A stretch of DNA of 64,000 nucleotides from Nanobdellati archaeon (GTDB lineage Archaea; EX4484-52; GLR71): NCBI GenBank assembly GCA_019429005.1, contig JAHYJR010000001.1, positions 195,232-259,231 on the forward strand, given 5' to 3'. This document shows positions 29,819 through 39,921 of the stretch, one piece after another. Position 1 is the first letter of the stretch; each line of letters opens with the position of its first letter. Both the position numbers and the translations under genes were made by a program. The notes under the pieces were generated by a model, which ran no database searches, was not told the origin of the DNA, and was given only the letters and a program-made list of their open reading frames with translations.

Positions 29819-30592
29819 ATGGGTCGTGTAATCTGTCTTGTATCGGGTAAAGGTGGTGTTGGAAAAACTACACTTGCGTCCAATATAGCTATGGCATTAA
29901 ATAATTTTGGAAAAAATACAGTTGTCATTGATACAAACCTTACAACACCAAATTTAGGTTTTCATCTTGGTGTACCACTTTATCCTAAAACCTTTCATGA
30001 TGTTTTGAATGGTACAGCTACTTATGAAGAAGCAACTTATACACATCCTTCAGGTCTTAGAGTTATGCCTGCTGGAATATCTTTAAGAGATCTTAAAAAT
30101 ACAAATTTATCACAGATGGATAACGTTGTTCTCGATATTGCAGATAACCATGACATTGTAATTCTTGACGGTGCTGCAGGTCTTGGAAAAGAAGGTAAGG
30201 CGAGTTTAAGTGCAGCAGATGAAGCTCTTATTGTAACAAATCCACAGCTTCCATCAGTTACAGATGCTCTTAAGACAATAAAAATCGCAGAAGAGCTTGG
30301 TACAAAAATACTTGGTGTGGCTTTAAATCGTTCAAAAAATCATCCTTCCGAATTATCACAAAATGAAGTTGAAGCACTTTTAGGTTATCCGGTTATTTCA
30401 ATTATACCTGATGAGAATCATATTATAGACAGTCTTGCAGCAAAGACGCCTATTGTGGCATTCAAACCAAACACACGTTCAGCTCAAGAGATAAAGAAAC
30501 TCGCTGCATGTTTAATCGGTATTGATTATGACATCCCTGTTCAGAAAGAATATGGATTGTTTTCTAGAATTTTTGGTTTTCTTAAAGGTTAA
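29819..30592 (+). CDS. minD: MinD/ParA-family ATPase (archaeal MinD homologue)
   Basis: Deviant Walker A VSGKGGVGKTT. About 257 aa from the second Met; the ORF could also start at 29807. Confidence 0.85.
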   Translation: MGRVICLVSGKGGVGKTTLASNIAMALNNFGKNTVVIDTNLTTPNLGFHLGVPLYPKTFHDVLNGTATYEEATYTHPSGLRVMPAGISLRDLKNTNLSQMDNVVLDIADNHDIVILDGAAGLGKEGKASLSAADEALIVTNPQLPSVTDALKTIKIAEELGTKILGVALNRSKNHPSELSQNEVEALLGYPVISIIPDENHIIDSLAAKTPIVAFKPNTRSAQEIKKLAACLIGIDYDIPVQKEYGLFSRIFGFLKG

Positions 30593-30718
30593 GTTTTTAG
30601 TTTAACTTTTTTTTAAAACATTTTAGTTTTTGTATTATACTAAAACCTTATTTTCCTATGTTAGTTAATGCATTCAGTGCTAAAAATGCTGCAATAATTA
30701 ATCCCGAAAACAATAATA

Positions 30719-30814
30719 GTAAAGAAACATTGCTAACTATATCAGTTTGTTATCACAAGTATTATAATAATGCCGATTAAGAGGTAAAGAAACATTGCTA
30801 AAGATATCAGTTTG
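30719..30814. repeat. Two 31-bp direct repeats (GTAAAGAAACATTGCTAA[CT/AG]ATATCAGTTTG, 29/31 identical) 65 bp apart in the minD / E1-like intergenic region
   Basis: Seen directly. Overlaps a 48-aa minus-strand ORF (30749-30895). Confidence 0.5.
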
Positions 30815-30980
30815 AGCGAAAAAATAACTAAGCACTAACATTATGCTTGACAAAGTTGTTAAAGACCAATTTTGAGATATAGACTCTTTAGACATAAGTT
30901 ATAATGGTTTTTTTTTGTATAAATATTTGTTTATCAAAATTACACCCCACAAATTTAAACCTAAACAACCAATTTATCCT

Positions 30981-31997
30981 ATGCAAGACACAAATAAAGA
31001 CCTTGAACGTTACACAAGACAGATGATACTTAAAGGCTTTTTTAAGAAAGATCAGCTAAAGCTTCAAGGATCAAAGGTTGTAATCATTGGTCTCGGTGCC
31101 TTAGGGTCTGTCGCGTCAGAACTTATACTGCGCGCAGGTGTGAAGAATCTAGTTCTTGTGGATAGGGATTTTGTCGAGCGTAGTAATCTGCAAAGACAAC
31201 TATTATACGCAGAAAAGCATGTTGGTATGCCAAAGCCAAATGCTGCAAAAGAAGTCTTAAATCAAATTGATACATCTGCTAATATCTCCATATTCGTTAC
31301 AGATATTAATTCCTCAAACATAGAATCCATCGTGAATAAATGTGATCTCATACTTGATTGTACAGATAATATGGAAACTCGTTTTTTGATAAATGATGTT
31401 AGCCTAAAACATAACATTCCATGGATTTATGCTGCAGCTGTGGGTTTTCAAGGAACAACATTTAATATTATACCAGGAAAAACAGCTTGTCTAAGATGTG
31501 TTTTCAGCAAAGTACCACAAGGTCTTGATACATGTGACACGGCAGGCATCCTTTCAACTGTATCTGTATCAATCTCAGCATTACAAGTCACAGAAGCACT
31601 AAAAATCCTCACACAAAAACAATTTTCAAAAGATATGATATATTACGATGTATGGAATCAAACATTTGAACATTCTAAACTATTGAAAAACAAATCCTGT
31701 CCAGCTTGTAATAATATTTATGAGTATCTTGATAAAAAAGAACATTCAAAGACAATAACGTTATGTGGTCGTGGTGCTTACCAGATTATACCTAAGGATG
31801 CTATAAAATTAAATATAGAACTATTGGCTGATAAGCTTTCAAGATTAGGTTCTGTAAAATCATTTAAACCACATCTGATACATTTTAAATTAGAAGATAA
31901 AGCCCTCTCTATTTTTTCAGATGGTCGTGCAATAATAAAAGGTGCAAAAAGTATTTCAGATGCTCGAAGTCTTTATTCTAGGTTTGTTGGCAATTAA
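30981..31997 (+). CDS. E1-like ThiF/MoeB/HesA-family adenylyltransferase with about 100-aa C-terminal extension
   Basis: RYTRQ...L.G....Q.KL....V.IIGLGALGS nucleotide-binding motif; CxxC pairs (CLRC, CPAC) for Zn. ORF-track start 30915 is probably too early. Confidence 0.75.
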   Translation: MQDTNKDLERYTRQMILKGFFKKDQLKLQGSKVVIIGLGALGSVASELILRAGVKNLVLVDRDFVERSNLQRQLLYAEKHVGMPKPNAAKEVLNQIDTSANISIFVTDINSSNIESIVNKCDLILDCTDNMETRFLINDVSLKHNIPWIYAAAVGFQGTTFNIIPGKTACLRCVFSKVPQGLDTCDTAGILSTVSVSISALQVTEALKILTQKQFSKDMIYYDVWNQTFEHSKLLKNKSCPACNNIYEYLDKKEHSKTITLCGRGAYQIIPKDAIKLNIELLADKLSRLGSVKSFKPHLIHFKLEDKALSIFSDGRAIIKGAKSISDARSLYSRFVGN

Positions 31998-32044
31998 AAT
32001 CAATATAGCTATAATTTATAAAATTATAATCTTAATTCACTTCC

Positions 32045-32722
32045 ATGGCAAAAGAATTATCAAAAGTATCTAAAAATAAATCCGTTAAGTTAGTGTCATT
32101 AATATCGGGCGGTATTGATTCGCCGGTTGCAACCCACCTTATGCTTAAAAAAGGTGTTGACTTAGTTTTTGTACATATGGATAACAGACCGTTTATAGAT
32201 GATAGGCCTTTGAATAAAGTAATGTCTTTACTTGAGCATCTTGCAAAATTACATAAAAAAGATTTGAAGTTATATGTTGTACCTCATGGTCCAAATCAGT
32301 CTTTGTTTGCATCTTCATGTGATCGAAAACTTACCTGTGTTCTTTGCAGGCGTATGATGTATCGTGTTGGAGAAAATGTTGCTAAATTAGAGAATGCTGA
32401 TGCGATTTTAACAGGTGAAAGTTTAGGTCAAGTTGCAAGTCAAACGCTTGATAATCTATTTGTTGAGAAACAAAGTATCGCTACAAGGGTTTTAAGTCCA
32501 TTAATTGGTTTTGATAAGGAAGAGACAATAAAAATCGCAAAAGAGATTGGCACATATGAAATATCTATACTTCCTGGAGAATGTTGTAGTCTTACACCGC
32601 TTTATCCTGAAACTCATGCAAATTTGAAATATGTAGAATCTGAGGAATCTAATATTGATATAACATCTTTACTTGATGAATCTGTTAGTAACGCAAAGAT
32701 TATTACAATCAAGTTTAAGTGA
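32045..32722 (+). CDS. PP-loop ATP pyrophosphatase, ThiI-like (no THUMP domain)
   Basis: 225 aa. SGGIDSPVA PP-loop as in ThiI; Cys cluster C-x6-C-x2-C and CC suggest Fe-S or a persulfide carrier. Confidence 0.55.
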   Translation: MAKELSKVSKNKSVKLVSLISGGIDSPVATHLMLKKGVDLVFVHMDNRPFIDDRPLNKVMSLLEHLAKLHKKDLKLYVVPHGPNQSLFASSCDRKLTCVLCRRMMYRVGENVAKLENADAILTGESLGQVASQTLDNLFVEKQSIATRVLSPLIGFDKEETIKIAKEIGTYEISILPGECCSLTPLYPETHANLKYVESEESNIDITSLLDESVSNAKIITIKFK

Positions 32723-32749
32723 TTGTTATAATTATTATTTGATGAATGT

Positions 32750-34162
32750 GTGTTGGGTTATATGGGTTCTAAAACAAAAAATCAAAAATACCTTAAACCA
32801 AAATCAAACACATCCTTAAATCTAAACTGGAATCATCTGAGTTATCTTATTTTTATCATATCAACACTATTTTTTATTATCCAACGGTATATGGGTCCTC
32901 AATGGGATTTTCTTGTATATGTTTCAAATGCAAAATACCTTTTTGATGGAGGAACTTATTTTGAATGGTGTCGTTCGCCAATGATCTCTGTGATTATGTA
33001 TCTTTTAAGTTTCGTCGGTTGGACTTTATCAGAATATTTTTATCTTATATTTGTATCTATTTTATTTTTTGTTGCGACTGGAAAATTTGCAGAAAAATGG
33101 AATCTAGATAAAAACCTATTTTATCCTTTATCAATGTCATTTTTTGTCTTATTTTTTGGTGCTTCAAACGGTACCGAAATATTATCTGTATCTTTTCTAT
33201 TACTCTTTTTTGCATACATTGAAACAATTTTAGCAGGAGGTTTTATAGCATTAGCATTTTTATCCAGATACACTGTGATAACTTTAGTACCATTTTTGTT
33301 GTTGCAACGAAATATCAAAAAGATATTCTTATCATCTCTGTTATTTTTATTGATTTTATCGCCATGGTTTTTGTATAATTTTTATATGACTGGAAATCCT
33401 TTAATGAGCGTTATTGATTCTTATTCTCTGAATGTTAAGTATCGTCTTGAATACATGATGCATCCTCAAAACATCAATCATTTTGTGCAAGTTGTAGGTT
33501 TATTGGCGCCCCTTTTTATTATGGGTCTTTATAAATCATTTAGATCTTTAATCTCAAAAGCATCATCTTTTAAAGATATTATTGTCTCTGGATTGAAAAA
33601 TGTTTATTATAGGGATGCGGTTATGTTTATCTTCTTTATTATGACAGTATATTACTATCTTGGCACACCATTTAAAGTCGAAAGATATCTTTTTAATCTG
33701 ATAATACCTGTGACTTATTTTTCAGTTAGGTATTTATCTTCATTTGATTCAAATAAAATAAAATTATTTTTATACCCTATTGTTACATTAAATTTAATTG
33801 TAGCATTATTAATTCTGTTTGTTACAATACCTTACACAACTCAATTTTTATCAGACGATTATTTAGATATTAAGGATTGTCGTCTAATATCAAATGCATG
33901 GGCTCCTTTAAATTATCGTGATTTTGTGTCAGAACCTGCTCCAAACCCGACAAAACTTTTAGAAAATATTGATAACGGTTACATGTTCCTATATTTTAAA
34001 TCAATTGGTGAACCGGAATATATGTTAGATTCAAATTATACAAAACAGTTACCTATAATACGCGAAGCTGACAAATATATAATATTTGGCACAGGTGTTT
34101 GTTTGAATCGGCTCGATAAATATGAACATTTGTATCTAAGGTCAATTGGTGTATTACCATGA
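32750..34162 (+). CDS. Polytopic integral membrane protein (possible GT-C-type glycosyltransferase)
   Basis: 470 aa with about 11 hydrophobic helices. Its stop overlaps the start of the next gene (ATGA). Confidence 0.45.
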   Translation: MLGYMGSKTKNQKYLKPKSNTSLNLNWNHLSYLIFIISTLFFIIQRYMGPQWDFLVYVSNAKYLFDGGTYFEWCRSPMISVIMYLLSFVGWTLSEYFYLIFVSILFFVATGKFAEKWNLDKNLFYPLSMSFFVLFFGASNGTEILSVSFLLLFFAYIETILAGGFIALAFLSRYTVITLVPFLLLQRNIKKIFLSSLLFLLILSPWFLYNFYMTGNPLMSVIDSYSLNVKYRLEYMMHPQNINHFVQVVGLLAPLFIMGLYKSFRSLISKASSFKDIIVSGLKNVYYRDAVMFIFFIMTVYYYLGTPFKVERYLFNLIIPVTYFSVRYLSSFDSNKIKLFLYPIVTLNLIVALLILFVTIPYTTQFLSDDYLDIKDCRLISNAWAPLNYRDFVSEPAPNPTKLLENIDNGYMFLYFKSIGEPEYMLDSNYTKQLPIIREADKYIIFGTGVCLNRLDKYEHLYLRSIGVLP

Positions 34163-34791
34163 TACTTGAAGAATTTTATGCGTTAATGTCACATAAGGAT
34201 TGTGGTGAGTGTGGATTTTCTAGTTGTAGGACCTTTGCACGAAAACTAATACGGAAAACTTCAAAAATAGAGGGTTGTAAACATCTTAATATTGGTGCAT
34301 CTAAGCAGATTAACGAAATTCTTAAATGTAAAAAAATAATTCTTACAAAAGTATCAATGACTGGTAAAGGTATGCTTGTATTGCAACCTTGTCATTCTAA
34401 AGGTAAGCGTATGGCTGAATTCCAGATTAAACCATATAATGATCTATTTGGTGTATTTGATCTTGAAGCACTTAATACTTGTATCTCTAGTTGTAAGGAT
34501 TTTACAGATATAAAAAAATCTATAAATCTTGGTGTAATAACATTTTCATATTTTGAAAAGAAAGTGTTTGTATTTTCAAGCGGTCTTGTTAGGGTAAAAC
34601 AAGCAAAAAGTCAAGAAGATATATTAAATGCATCTGGATTTATACTGGAAAAAATAATTGGTTCTCTGATACTTGATGATGATGAACTCCTTTTAGAACA
34701 CAAAAGTTTTGATTCTGATTTATTTGAAAATTCAGTCTGGTATCTTTTAAACCTCAAACGGGAAGGTACAAAAATAAAGGATTTAATTTAA
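34159..34791 (+). CDS. Fe-S cluster domain protein (C-x2-C-x4-C-x16-C)
   Basis: 210 aa. N-terminal DCGECGFSSC...(16 aa)...C matches the putative Fe-S binding FeS-domain pattern. Translationally coupled to the upstream membrane protein. Confidence 0.5.
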   Translation: MILEEFYALMSHKDCGECGFSSCRTFARKLIRKTSKIEGCKHLNIGASKQINEILKCKKIILTKVSMTGKGMLVLQPCHSKGKRMAEFQIKPYNDLFGVFDLEALNTCISSCKDFTDIKKSINLGVITFSYFEKKVFVFSSGLVRVKQAKSQEDILNASGFILEKIIGSLILDDDELLLEHKSFDSDLFENSVWYLLNLKREGTKIKDLI

Positions 34792-34793
34792 AC

Positions 34794-36011
34794 CTATTTG
34801 AAAAATTCAATAGCTTCAAGAACCTTTTCTGCAAATAATGTAATCTCATTTTTAGTATTATAATAATATGCAGATGCTCTTGCAGATCCCGCAATCTTAT
34901 TTTTATTAAACCATGAATGTACGCAATGTGCACCTGAACGTATCATTATATTTGCAGATTCATCAAGTATCATTGCAATATCGTGCGGACTTATTCCTTC
35001 TACATAGAAACTGAATATTCCACCTCTTTGTGTTGAATCAGATGGTCCTATTATATTGACTTTATCTCTAAGCAGTCTTGTTGCAATATTGTTAAGCATG
35101 ATTTCATGATTTTGTATGTTTTCAATACCAATTTTGGTAAGGTAATCTATTGCAGCACCTAAACCTATTATTCCAGGATAATTTTGTAATCCTGCCTCAA
35201 ATTTCTCTGGAAGTGGACTTAATTTATATGAATCATATGTGGTATCAATTACAGTGTCACCACCGACAATAAATGGATCCATCTTTTCAAGCAATTCCTG
35301 TTTCCCATATAATACACCAACTCCATTTGGTCCGCTCATCTTATGTGATGACATAGCAAAGAAATCAACATTAAGTTTAGTGACATCAATTCTTTGGTGT
35401 GGTGTGCTTTGTGCACCGTCAAGCATCACAAGAGCACCATAGTCATGTGCAATCTTTATGATTTCTTTTGCAGGTATAGTGTATCCATCAATATTTGATG
35501 TATGTACCATGCTTACAAGTTTGACCTCTTTTGACATTATGGATTCAAATGTGCTTAAGTTAAACGTATTATCTTTATTTGATTCTATAATTTTATAATT
35601 TATGTTAGCGTTTTCTTTTAATTTAAGCCAAGGCATAAGGTTTGAATTATGTTCTTTATCTGTTGTTATTACAATATCATTCCTTTTAAGACCTAATGAA
35701 TTTGCCACAAGGTTTATGCTTTCAGTTGTGTTTTTTGTAAAGATTATTTCAGAATTATTTTTTGCTCCTAAAAAAGTTTTGGTCTTATCTCGTGCAGAAT
35801 CAACTTGTTCTGTCACGATTCTTGCGAATTTATGTGTTGACCTTCCAGAACATGCAGGATATTCATTATAATATTGATTCATAGCATCAATGACTTGTTT
35901 TGGTTTAAGTGTCATGCATGCATTATCGAGATATACTATTGGTTTATTATTAATTTTTCTTTCAAGTACTGGGAAATCTTTACGAATTTGATTAATGTTC
36001 ATAGCAATCAC
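34794..36011 (-). CDS. Cysteine desulfurase (class V aminotransferase, SufS/NifS-like)
   Basis: 405 aa. PLP-lysine motif SSHKMSGP, N-terminal IYLDNA, C-terminal active-site region RSGAHC. Confidence 0.85.
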   Translation of the reverse strand: MIAMNINQIRKDFPVLERKINNKPIVYLDNACMTLKPKQVIDAMNQYYNEYPACSGRSTHKFARIVTEQVDSARDKTKTFLGAKNNSEIIFTKNTTESINLVANSLGLKRNDIVITTDKEHNSNLMPWLKLKENANINYKIIESNKDNTFNLSTFESIMSKEVKLVSMVHTSNIDGYTIPAKEIIKIAHDYGALVMLDGAQSTPHQRIDVTKLNVDFFAMSSHKMSGPNGVGVLYGKQELLEKMDPFIVGGDTVIDTTYDSYKLSPLPEKFEAGLQNYPGIIGLGAAIDYLTKIGIENIQNHEIMLNNIATRLLRDKVNIIGPSDSTQRGGIFSFYVEGISPHDIAMILDESANIMIRSGAHCVHSWFNKNKIAGSARASAYYYNTKNEITLFAEKVLEAIEFFK

Positions 36012-36091
36012 AAGTTATAACACTGTTATATTTTATACGTTACTTTAAATAATTTTTTATTGATTCGCGTCCTAATACTCTTTGTGAGTGT

Positions 36092-36595
36092 ATGCAATCT
36101 GAAATCTTTTATAGTATCTTACCGTTAAGAACAGCGTTTATGGACAGTTTTATGCATCTTTTAACTGAAAGTTATCTTATATTGATACCTCTATTAATTT
36201 TATATTTTGCATACAAAAAAGATAAGAGCGTCATACCGCTTATAGTTGCAATTCTTTTGACTGTATCTGTTGTAACAATTATTAAGACTGTAGTTGCAGA
36301 ACCAAGACCTTGTGATGTGTTATTGGAATTATATCCTGATGGTTGTACAGATACGGGATATTCATTCCCTAGCAGACATACAGCAATAGTCTTTAGTGTT
36401 TTACCCTTTTTTGTAGGAAATGTATTTTATTTTATAGTATATGGTTTGTATGCTTTATTTGTTGCTTTAACCAGAGTTTATTTTGGTCTTCATTATCCTA
36501 CAGATATTATCGCCGGCATGATTTTTGGTTATCTGATTGGATATTTTTGTATTAAACATAAAGAAAAGATTGATTCTATTTTTAATATATACTGA
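36092..36595 (+). CDS. PAP2-family phosphatase (membrane)
   Basis: 167 aa. PAP2 motifs K..EPRP, PSRH, RVYFGLHYPTDI. Confidence 0.7.
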   Translation: MQSEIFYSILPLRTAFMDSFMHLLTESYLILIPLLILYFAYKKDKSVIPLIVAILLTVSVVTIIKTVVAEPRPCDVLLELYPDGCTDTGYSFPSRHTAIVFSVLPFFVGNVFYFIVYGLYALFVALTRVYFGLHYPTDIIAGMIFGYLIGYFCIKHKEKIDSIFNIY

Positions 36596-36680
36596 AGAGG
36601 GTCGTATTGAAATTACAAAAACTTATGACCTTGTAACTAAAAATTGTATAACAAATATTACACCTAAGGCGTAGGATAAT

Positions 36681-37907
36681 TTAATTTTTAATTATCCTAA
36701 CACTTTTTATTCCTTGTTCTGTTACGCTATCGATTTCAATGGTAGCGTTTCTTAATTTAATTTTTTCGCCTTTTTTAGGAATCTTTTGAAGTTTATGTAT
36801 TATGTATCCTGCAATTGTATCAAAATGATCATCTTTTAATTTAAGATTTAGGTATCGATTTACTTTTGAAATTGGTGCTTTTGCGTCAACTTCACTAATT
36901 TTATTATTTATTTTTTTGATAAATATGCTTTCACCCTTACTTTTATCAAATACATCTCCTACAATTTCATTTAATATATTCTCAACTGTTACAAGACCCG
37001 AGACATAACTGTGTTCATCTACAATAATAACTAATGGTTGTTTTTTATCTTCAAATTCTGTTAATAATGTATCAATCTTTTTAGATTCTGGTACAAAATA
37101 TGCTGGTCTTATTATTTTTTTGATTAATATATCTATATCTTTTTTTTCAATATATTTTAAAGTGTCATCAATATCTAATATACCGAGAATTACATTTGTA
37201 TTTCCTGAATATACTGGATATTTTGAATGTTTTGATTTTACAATTATATGAATATTATCTTTTATTTTTGTTTCGCCATCAATGAAGGTTATATCTACTT
37301 TTGGTGTCATAATATCTACAACTTTAGTGCCTTTAAATTCAAGTATATTATGCATCATTTCAGCAGTTTCTCTATTTAAAATACCTTCATTTTTACCAAT
37401 TGTTACAATTGTTTTTAGTTCATCTTCAGACAGTTCTATTTCATCTTTTGATCCTAGTATTTTAAGGACAAAATTTGATATATTTTCAAAAAATTTAGTA
37501 ATGGGATATAATACGTTTGAAAGTAATTCAATCGGTTTTGCTATATTTAATGCAATAAATTCACTATTTTGCGTTGCAATTGTTTTTGGGATAATCGCAC
37601 CAAAAACAAGCAATAAGAATGTCATAACACCTGTTGAGATTCCGACTCCAATTGAACCGAACAATTCTGTAAAAATAATTGTTGCAAGGGCTGTTGCACT
37701 TATGTTTACAATATTATTTCCAAAGAGTATTGTGATTAGAATCTTATGTGGATTTTTTTTGATTTCGTATAGTGTGTCTGCGCCTTTTTTTTCTTCATGG
37801 AGCAATGTTTTTGCTTTAATCATGTTTATTGACATAATAGATGCTTCTATGGCTGAGAATAAACTTGATAATATTATTAATATAATTAATATAATATATT
37901 CTATCAT
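36681..37907 (-). CDS. CNNM/CorC/HlyC-family transporter (DUF21 TM domain, CBS pair, CorC_HlyC C-terminal domain)
   Basis: 408 aa. Four N-terminal TM helices, two CBS repeats, C-terminal transporter-associated domain. Confidence 0.82.
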   Translation of the reverse strand: MIEYIILIILIILSSLFSAIEASIMSINMIKAKTLLHEEKKGADTLYEIKKNPHKILITILFGNNIVNISATALATIIFTELFGSIGVGISTGVMTFLLLVFGAIIPKTIATQNSEFIALNIAKPIELLSNVLYPITKFFENISNFVLKILGSKDEIELSEDELKTIVTIGKNEGILNRETAEMMHNILEFKGTKVVDIMTPKVDITFIDGETKIKDNIHIIVKSKHSKYPVYSGNTNVILGILDIDDTLKYIEKKDIDILIKKIIRPAYFVPESKKIDTLLTEFEDKKQPLVIIVDEHSYVSGLVTVENILNEIVGDVFDKSKGESIFIKKINNKISEVDAKAPISKVNRYLNLKLKDDHFDTIAGYIIHKLQKIPKKGEKIKLRNATIEIDSVTEQGIKSVRIIKN

Positions 37908-38079
37908 AAAAGGACGCCTTTATTACCTGTTATTTAATAGATTATCTTCAGTTTGTATATATATTAATCTGTTTTATCTTATGTTCTATATTTTTTAAAA
38001 AGAAAATGTTAGTTTTTGTTATAGATATATTTATACAATAATTTTAAAGAGGATTGAAAAAATTATTGAAGAAAAAATA

Positions 38080-39528
38080 TTATTTTTTTCTCCATTTGAC
38101 GCCTGAATCTGAATCTTCAAGAATAATCCCGACCGCAGTTAATTGATTTCGTATTTTATCAGCCTTTTCAAAATCTTTTTCAGCTCTTGCAAGTTCTCGT
38201 GCATCAACAAGTATTTTTATGTTATCTTCAAGAATATCCTCTGCCTGTAATGTAATTATGCCAAAGATTGTATCTATTTTTTTGAAAAGTTCAAACACTA
38301 GGTGTGCATCCTTTTCACTTATGCTCTTTGTATGCATGGCTTTTTTTACATATGTGACAAAATTAAAAAGTTCAGCAAAAGCTTTAGCTGTATCAAGATC
38401 ATCATCCATCGCATCTTCAAACGTGTTTTTAAATATCTCAAGAGTATCTTTTAATTCTGTATTGTCTTTGATATCTGTTTTATAGTCTTTTAGATTTATC
38501 ATAAAATTATTCAGATTCTCAACCGTATTTTTAGCTTGTTCTAGCGATTTATCTGTAAGGTTAAGTGCGGTTCTATATGGTACTGATATCAGCATGTATC
38601 TTAATGTTAATGGACTGTATCCTTTTTTCTCTATATCTTTTAATGTATAGAAATTTCCAAGTGATTTGCTCATCTTTGTTCCATTTACAAGAAGATGTCT
38701 TAAATGCATCCAATAATTTACAAAACGTTTACCTGTAGCACCTTCAGTTTGTGCTATCTCACATTCATGGTGTGGGAATATATTGTCTTCAGCACCTGTG
38801 TGTATATCTATAGTATCACCTAAATATTTAGTCGCCATAACGGAACATTCTATATGCCATCCTGGGTATCCAACACTCCACGGACTTTCCCATGTCATAA
38901 TATGTTTAGGGCTATTTATCCAAAGTGCAAAATCAAATTGGTTCTTTTTATCTTTATTGAATTCAACCCGTCCGCCAGACCCTGCTTTAAGTTTATCTAT
39001 GGTATTTCCAGAAAGTTTTCCATAATCTTTGAATTTTGAAACATCATAATATACGGATCCATTAGCGTTATAGGCATAACCTTTATCAATTAGTATCTTT
39101 ATCATTTCAATGATTTCTTTAATGTGTTCACTTGGTTTTGGTCTTACATCCGGTTCTTTTAAACCAATCTTTTTTGAATCTGCTAAAAATTCTTTTGTAT
39201 AATAATCTGCAATATCCCAAACTGTTTTGTTTTCTCTTTTTGCTGCTTTTTCCATTTTATCTTCTCCAAGGTCCGAACTTATGACTTCATCTTCTGTCAT
39301 ATGCCCGACATCAGTAAAATTCATGACTTGTTTGACTGTATAGCCTCTGTATTCAAGATATCGTCTTATAAGGTCTGCAAAAGTGTATGCTCTTAAATTA
39401 CCTACATGCGCATAATCATATACTGTAAGACCACAATTATACATTGTCGCAATACCTTCTTTTTGCGTTTTAAAGTCTTCTTTTTTTCTAGTCATGGTGT
39501 TATAGAACTTAATTGCCATACATATCAA
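38080..39528 (-). CDS. cysS: Cysteine--tRNA ligase
   Basis: 482 aa. HIGH motif (YDYAHVGN), KMSKSLGN, Zn-binding Cys/His. Confidence 0.93.
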   Translation of the reverse strand: MICMAIKFYNTMTRKKEDFKTQKEGIATMYNCGLTVYDYAHVGNLRAYTFADLIRRYLEYRGYTVKQVMNFTDVGHMTEDEVISSDLGEDKMEKAAKRENKTVWDIADYYTKEFLADSKKIGLKEPDVRPKPSEHIKEIIEMIKILIDKGYAYNANGSVYYDVSKFKDYGKLSGNTIDKLKAGSGGRVEFNKDKKNQFDFALWINSPKHIMTWESPWSVGYPGWHIECSVMATKYLGDTIDIHTGAEDNIFPHHECEIAQTEGATGKRFVNYWMHLRHLLVNGTKMSKSLGNFYTLKDIEKKGYSPLTLRYMLISVPYRTALNLTDKSLEQAKNTVENLNNFMINLKDYKTDIKDNTELKDTLEIFKNTFEDAMDDDLDTAKAFAELFNFVTYVKKAMHTKSISEKDAHLVFELFKKIDTIFGIITLQAEDILEDNIKILVDARELARAEKDFEKADKIRNQLTAVGIILEDSDSGVKWRKK

Positions 39529-39551
39529 CCCTATATTTTTTAAAAATAAAA

Positions 39552-39625
39552 AGCGGAAGGAGAGATTCGAACTCCCGGAAAACCGATCTGCAGTCGGTCA
39601 CATTAGACCACTCTGTCACTTCCGC
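39552..39625 (-). tRNA. tRNA-Cys (anticodon GCA)
   Basis: Hand-folded. Acceptor GCGGAAG/CTTCCGC; anticodon stem ACCGA/TCGGT with loop CTGCAGA; T-loop TTCGAAT. Lies 23 bp downstream of cysS. D-arm pairing imperfect. Confidence 0.78.
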
Positions 39626-39804
39626 ATGTTGAACAATTTATAAAATGTATTATTCTTTATTGTAATTATTATTTTAAGCCTATATTTTTTTATATTCATC
39701 GTATTAGACTTATTAGAATTTTATGGTATTCTTATAGAACTTTTCAGGTATTTTTTAAACCTTGTTTTTATTGTTTATACTAATGTATCAATAAAATTTA
39801 AGTT

Positions 39805-39822
39805 TTGTGTCATTTGACACAA
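39805..39822. promoter_or_regulatory. Palindrome TTGTGTCA-TT-TGACACAA (second copy of the 1636 motif)
   Basis: Seen directly. Located in the 296-bp intergenic region between adkA (3' end) and tRNA-Cys (5' side). Confidence 0.35.
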
Positions 39823-39921
39823 GAATATATGTTTGTACTGTAACTAATCTTACACCTATTAGAATTAATCTATTCTATTTTTTATCAATTTTAGAATTGT
39901 TATTTTCAATTTGATTTATCT

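Noticed and set aside
36673-36698. Inverted repeat AGGATAATT-N8-AATTATCCT at the corC 3' end
   Set aside because: It overlaps the stop codon and is very AT-rich. It is likely a weak terminator-like hairpin of little standalone interest.
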